The notes under the pieces: generated by a model
The model's database searches: none
Told to the model about the DNA's origin: nothing
The model's input: only the letters and a program-made list of their open reading frames with translations
Position numbers and translations under genes: made by a program
Part shown: piece by piece, positions 38,540 through 43,797 of the stretch
How the letters are laid out: each line of letters opens with the position of its first letter
Numbering within the stretch: the first letter of the stretch is position 1
IMG/VR virus record: IMGVR_UViG_3300023174_000045
Coordinates: 124,001-188,000 of that record
Reading direction: 5' to 3' (one strand)
DNA: 64,000 bases

Positions 38540-38930
38540 TTATTGCTGTATGAAGCCGAGAGAAAAGTGTTCTGGACGGGGGTGCGAATCCCCCCAGGTC
38601 CACCATAAAGAAATTTGATGAAACCAAAAAAAGTAAAACAGTATTTTGTTATAGTAGACAAAGATGACACAGTAAAAAGAGTGTGTTGGGCACCTTTACT
38701 GTGGGATATTCCTAACCTGGGATATCGTTTTACAGGATTTGACGGTGGTATTCCAAAGTTTCTTTATGTCGGGCCTGCATAGTTTCGACAGGGCAACAAG
38801 TAACAGAGTGGACAGCACGGTAGGCGATGACCGTTAATCAAGCAAAAAACGTAAATGCAAACGACGAACAGTTCGCTTTGGCAGCCTAAACACTGCCTAG
38901 GGTAGGAAATACCTCGTAACAGAAACAACC
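38540..38930 (+). ncRNA. ssrA: Circularly permuted (two-piece) tmRNA, tag ANDEQFALAA
   Basis: T arm and CCA end at 38605 precede 5' GGGCCTG at 38771; G3:U70; tag 38857-38889; ends approximate. Confidence 0.92.
38618..38782 (+). CDS. Possible 54-aa ORF in tmRNA intervening segment
   Basis: Open ATG-TAG, no clear SD. Confidence 0.3.
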   Translation: MKPKKVKQYFVIVDKDDTVKRVCWAPLLWDIPNLGYRFTGFDGGIPKFLYVGPA

Positions 38931-38960
38931 CAAAAGGCCTTGACGGGCCTTTTGTCTTTG
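38931..38960 (+). terminator. Intrinsic terminator after tmRNA
   Basis: CAAAAGGCCT-TGAC-GGGCCTTTTG. Confidence 0.8.
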
Positions 38961-38988
38961 TGTATACTACACTATTGAGGAGAACAAC

Positions 38989-39180
38989 ATGAGCAAAGGC
39001 ACACGACCCCGTCCGTCAGTGGTCAGTCAACAAGAACTGGCTGCAAGGCACGAAGCCATATTTGGCCGGAAGCCACCACGAGAACGTTATGTTCCGCCAC
39101 CCTTGCCACCTGAACTGGCAGGACCCAGTTCTTTTGAACAGCAGTTGGGCACCACAAAACTTCCGCCCGGAAGAACATAA
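38989..39180 (+). CDS. Small Pro-rich hypothetical protein
   Basis: SD GAGGAG. Confidence 0.7.
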   Translation: MSKGTRPRPSVVSQQELAARHEAIFGRKPPRERYVPPPLPPELAGPSSFEQQLGTTKLPPGRT

Positions 39181-39205
39181 ATTGGCAAAAGACATTTAAA
39201 AATCG

Positions 39206-39234
39206 TTGACTTTCTTTCATTCATCATATATAAT
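39206..39234 (+). promoter_or_regulatory. Promoter of attenuator 1
   Basis: TTGACT-17-TATAAT; ATG 6 nt downstream. Confidence 0.8.
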
Positions 39235-39239
39235 ACACT

Positions 39240-39347
39240 ATGAACAAGCAAAACGCCCAACTGTCCTTTGAGATACCCTCACATGATTTACACGATTATG
39301 CACGTGAGGCGCTGGCCTATACTAACAGCGGGTGGAGCGGTACCTAA
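39240..39347 (+). CDS. Leaderless 35-aa leader peptide (attenuator 1)
   Basis: MNKQNAQLSFEIPSHDLHDYAREALAYTNSGWSGT. Confidence 0.65.
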   Translation: MNKQNAQLSFEIPSHDLHDYAREALAYTNSGWSGT

Positions 39348-39367
39348 TACAAAAGTACTACTCAAGC

Positions 39368-39400
39368 AAAAACCCGCCACCTAGGCGGGTTTTTCTTTTT
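39368..39400 (+). terminator. Attenuator 1 terminator
   Basis: AAAAACCCGCC-ACCTA-GGCGGGTTTTT plus T tract. Confidence 0.88.
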
Positions 39401-39404
39401 GTGC

Positions 39405-39548
39405 TAGACCAATAATGGGATAGGTGTTATACTAGAGACTAGTTAGGAAAGCAACACAGCAAAGTTTGCAAAGACCCTACAAAGCGAAGGGATTTTGCAA
39501 AACAAGTTGACCAGAATAGCACAAGGTGTTATACTAGAGACTAGTTAG
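39405..39548 (+). promoter_or_regulatory. Tandem promoters sharing a 25-nt repeat
   Basis: TAGACC/TTGACC-17-TATACT; AGGTGTTATACTAGAGACTAGTTAG at 39422 and 39524. Confidence 0.75.
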
Positions 39549-39731
39549 AAAGCAAGGCGGTCCTCGAATGTAAGAACCCACGCAGAAATGCAAAAAGGGT
39601 TGGAACCAAGGGACACGAAGCGAGTTTGTAGACTCGGCCTCCGCAGGTTAAAACAGCACAGTCGATCGAGACTAGTTGAAAGGTTCGTTAAAATTTTGAT
39701 TGTCATGTAGTCCCTGTCTAGTTACAGGGTA

Positions 39732-39963
39732 CTATATGTAAACACATTAGGGTTACCTAGCCGTTAGGGGTGAACGAAGGCCAGACAGCGCAAGCCGGAT
39801 ACCCATGAAGCAGGAGGGTTCTACAGTATGACGAGACACCATCGAGTCAAAGGGCAAGAACTATCAAACTCCAGGAAGGCGACGGAACAACTGGGCCCGT
39901 AATGAGGTCTTGACGCAAGTTGGTGATGCGTGTCAAGAACTTCCCTAATGTATTTTCATATAG
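39732..39963 (+). ncRNA. Helix-closed ncRNA A (~230 nt)
   Basis: CTATATG..CACATTAGGG pairs with CCCTAATGT..CATATAG; internal hairpins. Confidence 0.7.
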
Positions 39964-39966
39964 CAT

Positions 39967-40042
39967 GCACGGTTCGTCTATCGGTTTAGGACACTAGCCT
40001 TTCACGTTAGTAAGACGGGTTCGATTCCCGTACCGTGTACCA
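39967..40042 (+). tRNA. tRNA-Glu(TTC)
   Basis: Cloverleaf, CCA. Confidence 0.92.
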
Positions 40043-40045
40043 AGT

Positions 40046-40185
40046 TGTCGAGGAACTCCATCCTTAAACGGGGGGCAACACTGGGCCTACGAAGTGGGTG
40101 ATTGCAAAAACCAGAAAGAGCAACGTTGACATTGACGAAAAAATGTCTTACGATGAATAAACGTCCTAATAGGGGCTTGTCGACA
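40046..40185 (+). ncRNA. Candidate ncRNA B
   Basis: TGTCGA/TCGACA closing helix, imperfect extension. Confidence 0.45.
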
Positions 40186-40208
40186 CACAAGTAGCCTGTA
40201 CTAATTTT

Positions 40209-40294
40209 GGAGATGTGGCAGAGTGGTTGATTGCACCAGACTGTAAATCTGGCCCCTAAAAAGCGCGGTGGTTCGAATCCATCCGTCTCCACCA
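40209..40294 (+). tRNA. tRNA-Tyr(GTA)
   Basis: Cloverleaf with variable arm, CCA. Confidence 0.92.
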
Positions 40295-40303
40295 ATTTTG
40301 TTT

Positions 40304-40455
40304 TTATAGTCAAGCATCGATACAGGTATCGTGTAAGGACGCTTACGCTATTCGGGTCCAACCGGCCGGGAACGGATCCTAATATAACTGCTATCGGCTG
40401 TTGCACTCTTAGCGGAGGACGCATAAATTGAGCATCTCTCGGTGCTTGACTATAA
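40304..40455 (+). ncRNA. Helix-closed ncRNA C
   Basis: 17-bp closing helix, three internal hairpins. Confidence 0.7.
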
Positions 40456-40461
40456 GAATTT

Positions 40462-40537
40462 GGTCCTAAAGTGTTCATGGACGCACGACGGCTTGTCACG
40501 CCGTAAGAGTGGGGATCGTTACCCCCTAGGACCGCCA
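40462..40537 (+). tRNA. tRNA-Asp(GTC)
   Basis: Cloverleaf, atypical T loop ATCGTTA, CCA. Confidence 0.88.
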
Positions 40538-40543
40538 AGTTTT

Positions 40544-40622
40544 GCAGATAATGGATAGGGCGGGCATCTATTGGTGCCTAATACTAGTTGCCGCAGAGGT
40601 TCGAGTCCTCTGGTCTGCACCA
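40544..40622 (+). ncRNA. tRNA-like RNA 1 (acceptor and T arm, no canonical D/anticodon arms)
   Basis: GCAGAT/GTCTGC, A73-CCA, AGAGG-TTCGAGT-CCTCT. Confidence 0.65.
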
Positions 40623-40628
40623 AGTTTT

Positions 40629-40727
40629 TGCGTTATAGTATAGTGGCCAGTACGCAAGGGCCCACACAATGAAAATTGTATGGTGGGAATTGCCAGTGTA
40701 GCGATGGTTCGATTCCATCTAACGCAA
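40629..40727 (+). ncRNA. tRNA-like RNA 2 (anticodon arm replaced by GAAA-capped long hairpin)
   Basis: 7-bp acceptor, D arm with GG, T arm; no encoded CCA. Confidence 0.7.
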
Positions 40728-40734
40728 TATCATT

Positions 40735-40952
40735 TTTGAGAGTGTCAGCAAGCGCAGTCACGCTATCTAGGTAAGTTCGAACTACCGAAATAGTAAAAGG
40801 GGACGGGTTCAACTCCCGGGGGATCGGAAGATCCCTGCAGATTGGTTGCTAACTGGACAGGTACCCAAGTGATATCCATCGCGAGCGAGGTCAGGCTAGG
40901 CGGCCGGTAGGTCCTGAATAAATCTACGATAAAAGTGACGTAGGCTCTCAAA
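40735..40952 (+). ncRNA. YrlA-like RNA with circularly permuted tRNA domain
   Basis: T arm, then GGAA-closed acceptor helix, then D arm (40804-40854); 9-bp terminal helix. Confidence 0.65.
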
Positions 40953-40960
40953 TTCAATCG

Positions 40961-41037
40961 GCGACCATAGCTCATTTGGATAGAGCACTGTGCTACGAAC
41001 GCAGGGGTGGGAGGTTCGAATCCTTCTGGTCGCGCCA
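40961..41037 (+). tRNA. tRNA-Arg(ACG)
   Basis: Cloverleaf, CCA. Confidence 0.92.
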
Positions 41038-41132
41038 TGTAAAAACACTCTAAACTGGACGCAGGATCTGAGAAGGTTGAACGTAGGTTGATCACTACTA
41101 GTAAGCTGGAGATCAAGAGTGTTTCTACATGG
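41035..41132 (+). ncRNA. Inter-tRNA helix element
   Basis: CCATGTAAAAACACTCT / AGAGTGTTTCTACATGG. Confidence 0.7.
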
Positions 41133-41207
41133 TGCGTGTCGTCAAGCGGTCAAGACCTCGGATTGTGATTCCGATATGCGTGGGTTCGAATCCCATCATG
41201 CACCCCA
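41131..41207 (+). tRNA. tRNA-His(GTG)
   Basis: Encoded G-1:C73, CCA. Confidence 0.92.
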
Positions 41208-41230
41208 ACACAAGATAAATAAAAGAATAA

Positions 41231-41305
41231 CGCGGGGTAGAGAAGCAGTAACTCGTTAGGCTCATAACCTAAAGATCGGCGGTGCGAATCCGTCCTCCGC
41301 AACCA
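41231..41305 (+). tRNA. tRNA-fMet(CAT)
   Basis: C1:A72 mismatch; only two G-C pairs next to anticodon loop. Confidence 0.85.
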
Positions 41306-41321
41306 AATTTTAGGAGTTTTT

Positions 41322-41729
41322 ATGATAGCAATTAACACGGTAATAAAACCGATGGTGGGCCACGAACAAGAAGCAATTGACAATTTCTATACTTTTCATA
41401 AATCACCACACCCGGAGTTATTTGAATTTTTTAAAGAGTTTGTGGATCAAAATTTAATTTTGAATACGATGTTTTGGCAGCCATATGATGACCGAAATCT
41501 CAATCATTTGCTTAGATACTATGCTGTCAATATGGAAAATGCCGAAATTTTTCAAGAAAAATTATTGAGTGAGTCTGCAGATTTTTCAATGAAAAAATTC
41601 TGGGATCAAAATAAATTTGACTATTCAATTGAGTTGACAGAAATAAACTTTGATGAAGAATTTCCACAATACTATGTTGTAGATAATGAGTCTGGTGGAG
41701 TTTGGGGAGACGTTTGGCCATTGCTTTGA
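41322..41729 (+). CDS. Hypothetical protein, paralogue A
   Basis: SD AGGAG; FEFFKEFVDQNLILN. Confidence 0.75.
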   Translation: MIAINTVIKPMVGHEQEAIDNFYTFHKSPHPELFEFFKEFVDQNLILNTMFWQPYDDRNLNHLLRYYAVNMENAEIFQEKLLSESADFSMKKFWDQNKFDYSIELTEINFDEEFPQYYVVDNESGGVWGDVWPLL

Positions 41730-42208
41730 TATGCGTTGAAGTTTATTGCAGGCCAACAAAAAAATGTGATTTTGTTGCTGTTCGATCGTGGACAGAATTT
41801 ATATGTGCTGAGTATCCAGCGATGTTTGACTTCTTTCAAGAGTGCATTGATCAAAATTTAATTGTGAACAAATTTGCATTAAATGTAGATGGAGTTACAG
41901 ACTTATGGAAATACTACTCCTCCAATCAAACTCAAGCTGAAATTTTTCTTGAAAAATTTAAAAATATGCCTTTGAATTTTTCTAAAGAGAAGTTTTCAAT
42001 GAAAGAATTTTGGAATCGTTATGAGTTTGAAATTGATATGTCACTCAAAGAAATAGATTTTGACAACGAAAAAGAATTATTTGATTTGATAAACAAAGAC
42101 ACCGGTGAGATGTGGGCTACTACATTTCCATTAGGTGGACCGCTTGATAATTATTACCAGTTAGAAAAACATTTTCAGCCACAGTGGTTGACAACAAAAG
42201 ATAAATAA
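41726..42208 (+). CDS. Hypothetical protein, paralogue B (probable TTG start)
   Basis: FDFFQECIDQNLIVN aligns to A; start chosen by alignment. Confidence 0.65.
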   Translation: MICVEVYCRPTKKCDFVAVRSWTEFICAEYPAMFDFFQECIDQNLIVNKFALNVDGVTDLWKYYSSNQTQAEIFLEKFKNMPLNFSKEKFSMKEFWNRYEFEIDMSLKEIDFDNEKELFDLINKDTGEMWATTFPLGGPLDNYYQLEKHFQPQWLTTKDK

Positions 42209-42216
42209 ACTATAAT
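42188..42216 (+). promoter_or_regulatory. Promoter of attenuator 2
   Basis: TTGACA-17-TATAAT exact consensus. Confidence 0.85.
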
Positions 42217-42223
42217 AGGAACT

Positions 42224-42334
42224 ATGATGAAACAACAATTCTGTTCAATGTCCAAGCCCCAAACACTCCAGGCAACAACCTGGCTGTTGGCCAATGGCTC
42301 ATTCAACAGCATTCCAGGAGAACCGGGGTTCTGA
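42224..42334 (+). CDS. Leaderless 36-aa leader peptide (attenuator 2)
   Basis: MMKQQFCSMSKPQTLQATTWLLANGSFNSIPGEPGF. Confidence 0.7.
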   Translation: MMKQQFCSMSKPQTLQATTWLLANGSFNSIPGEPGF

Positions 42335-42361
42335 TTAGACTATATTCGTATACCTAACAAG

Positions 42362-42396
42362 AACCCCGGAACTAAACACTCCGGGGTTTTTCATTT
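42362..42396 (+). terminator. Attenuator 2 terminator
   Basis: AACCCCGGA/TCCGGGGTT 9 bp plus T tract. Confidence 0.85.
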
Positions 42397-42399
42397 AGT

Positions 42400-42578
42400 G
42401 CAACGGCAACGCGAGCCGGTATCACTCTAAACTACAAATGTGGGCGGCCCGGAGGATGGGAAGCTGGTGGTGAAAACGCCAGTGGTAAAATTCCGGAGTA
42501 TCGAAGCATTCTCGGGCCTTGGGGCAAGTGGGTTCATCCATGAAGAGTGCTTCGATACACACATTGGCAACAGTGTGT
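42400..42578 (+). ncRNA. Structured leader / candidate ncRNA D
   Basis: 15-bp helix 42498-42512/42544-42558 plus nested hairpins. Confidence 0.55.
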
Positions 42579-42588
42579 TGAAATTTAT

Positions 42589-42662
42589 TCCGGTGTAGTA
42601 TAATGGCAGTGCGGCGGTCTCCAAAACCGTTAGTGGGAGTTCGATTCTCTCCACCGGAGCCA
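42589..42662 (+). tRNA. tRNA-Trp(CCA)
   Basis: Cloverleaf, CCA. Confidence 0.92.
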
Positions 42663-42669
42663 AGTTAAT

Positions 42670-42744
42670 GGGGGGTTGGTGCTAACGGGAACACATGTGC
42701 TTTGCAAGCATGAGTTAAGGGTTCGATTCCCTTACCCTCCACCA
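42670..42744 (+). tRNA. tRNA-Ala(TGC)
   Basis: G3:U70, CCA. Confidence 0.9.
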
Positions 42745-42766
42745 TAGTCAGTATAAGTATTCACAA

Positions 42767-42856
42767 GGTGCGGTCCTATAATGGTATTAGAGCAGATTGC
42801 TAATCTGTCGCTCGGCGTAATCCGGGTTCTGAGTTCGAGTCTCAGTCGCACCGCCA
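42767..42856 (+). tRNA. tRNA-Ser(GCT)
   Basis: Long variable arm, G73, CCA. Confidence 0.9.
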
Positions 42857-42863
42857 AGAACAT

Positions 42864-42939
42864 TCCCTCGTAGCACAGCGGTAGTTGCGCTTCACTGTTA
42901 ATGAAGATGTCGTTCGTTCGATCCGAACCGAGGGAGCCA
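42864..42939 (+). tRNA. tRNA-Asn(GTT)
   Basis: Cloverleaf, CCA. Confidence 0.92.
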
Positions 42940-42957
42940 AATAAAAAAGGAAACGCA

Positions 42958-43140
42958 ATGTCAGCATTTAACACACACAACGACCCATTGAAACACAAGA
43001 CTGGTAAGCCCAGACTTGGTCCAATGAATGTAGAACAGTTGACCCGACTGTTGGAGAGTGCCAGACCCAAACATCGTGCAAAGATTCAACGTGCCTTGGA
43101 CTACAAGAAAACAATTCAAAAGATCATAGCAAAGGCTTGA
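42958..43140 (+). CDS. Basic 60-aa hypothetical protein
   Basis: SD AAGGA. Confidence 0.65.
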   Translation: MSAFNTHNDPLKHKTGKPRLGPMNVEQLTRLLESARPKHRAKIQRALDYKKTIQKIIAKA

Positions 43141-43145
43141 TATCC

Positions 43146-43219
43146 GCCCTACTAGTATAATGGCATTACACTGGTTTTGTAATCCTGTGATGGCAGTTCG
43201 ATTCTGTCGTGGGGCACCA
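43146..43219 (+). tRNA. tRNA-Thr(TGT)
   Basis: Cloverleaf; two U:U mismatches in anticodon stem. Confidence 0.82.
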
Positions 43220-43271
43220 AATTTTTACAAAGGAGATCTGTCATGAGTAGTGACAAGAGTGACAAACCTAT

Positions 43272-43346
43272 GGGGGTATAACTTAACGGCTAAAGTAGTG
43301 GGCTTTTAACCCATTAATCAGAGTTCGATTCTCTGTGCCCCTACCA
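43272..43346 (+). tRNA. tRNA-Lys(TTT)
   Basis: Cloverleaf, CCA. Confidence 0.9.
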
Positions 43347-43420
43347 TATAAAAACACATTAACAGCGTCGTACCGGTCGCCGGACTTAGGTTGAATTCCT
43401 AATAGTGTGTTTCTATATGG
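43344..43420 (+). ncRNA. Inter-tRNA helix element
   Basis: CCATATAAAAACACATT / AGTGTGTTTCTATATGG. Confidence 0.7.
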
Positions 43421-43494
43421 TAATATAGCATAGTGGCTAATGCAGTTGCTTCATACGCAACCCACCGTTGGTTCGAGTCCAACTATTACCACCA
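43419..43494 (+). tRNA. tRNA-Met(CAT), elongator-like
   Basis: Cloverleaf, CCA. Confidence 0.85.
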
Positions 43495-43500
43495 AGTTTT

Positions 43501-43575
43501 GGCCAGTTAGCTCAGGGGTAGAGCAACGTCTTGATAAGGCGTGGGTCGGTGGTTCGAGACCACCACTGGCTACCA
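43501..43575 (+). tRNA. tRNA-Ile(GAT)
   Basis: Cloverleaf, CCA. Confidence 0.92.
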
Positions 43576-43582
43576 ATTCAGT

Positions 43583-43658
43583 TGGGGTGTCGCCTAGAGG
43601 CCTAAGGCACTGGTCTTTGAAATCAGTATCATGAGTTCGAATCTCATCTCCCCTGCCA
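43583..43658 (+). tRNA. tRNA-Gln(TTG)
   Basis: Unpaired 1:72, G73, CCA. Confidence 0.85.
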
Positions 43659-43665
43659 AACAACG

Positions 43666-43694
43666 TAGACAAACTTTGATGTTTGTTGTATAAT
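43666..43694 (+). promoter_or_regulatory. Internal promoter
   Basis: TAGACA-17-TATAAT. Confidence 0.7.
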
Positions 43695-43702
43695 TACACA
43701 AT

Positions 43703-43777
43703 GCGGGATTAACTCAGGGGTAGAGTGTCAGCCTTCCAAGCTGTTCGTCAGCGGTTCGAATCCGCTATCCCGCTCCA
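43703..43777 (+). tRNA. tRNA-Gly(TCC)
   Basis: U73, CCA. Confidence 0.92.
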
Positions 43778-43797
43778 CTTTAACAGAAAGAAACAAC

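Noticed and set aside
39422-39677. Direct repeats as a CRISPR array
   Set aside because: Only two full copies, each explained by a promoter; no cas genes; no array seen elsewhere in the window.
40052-40083. Sense resemblance to 16S 338-355 (ACGGGGGGCAACACTGGG); similar loose 16S-like words at 41066-41093 and 42408
   Set aside because: Mismatched short matches found by eye against a 1.5-kb target; within chance.
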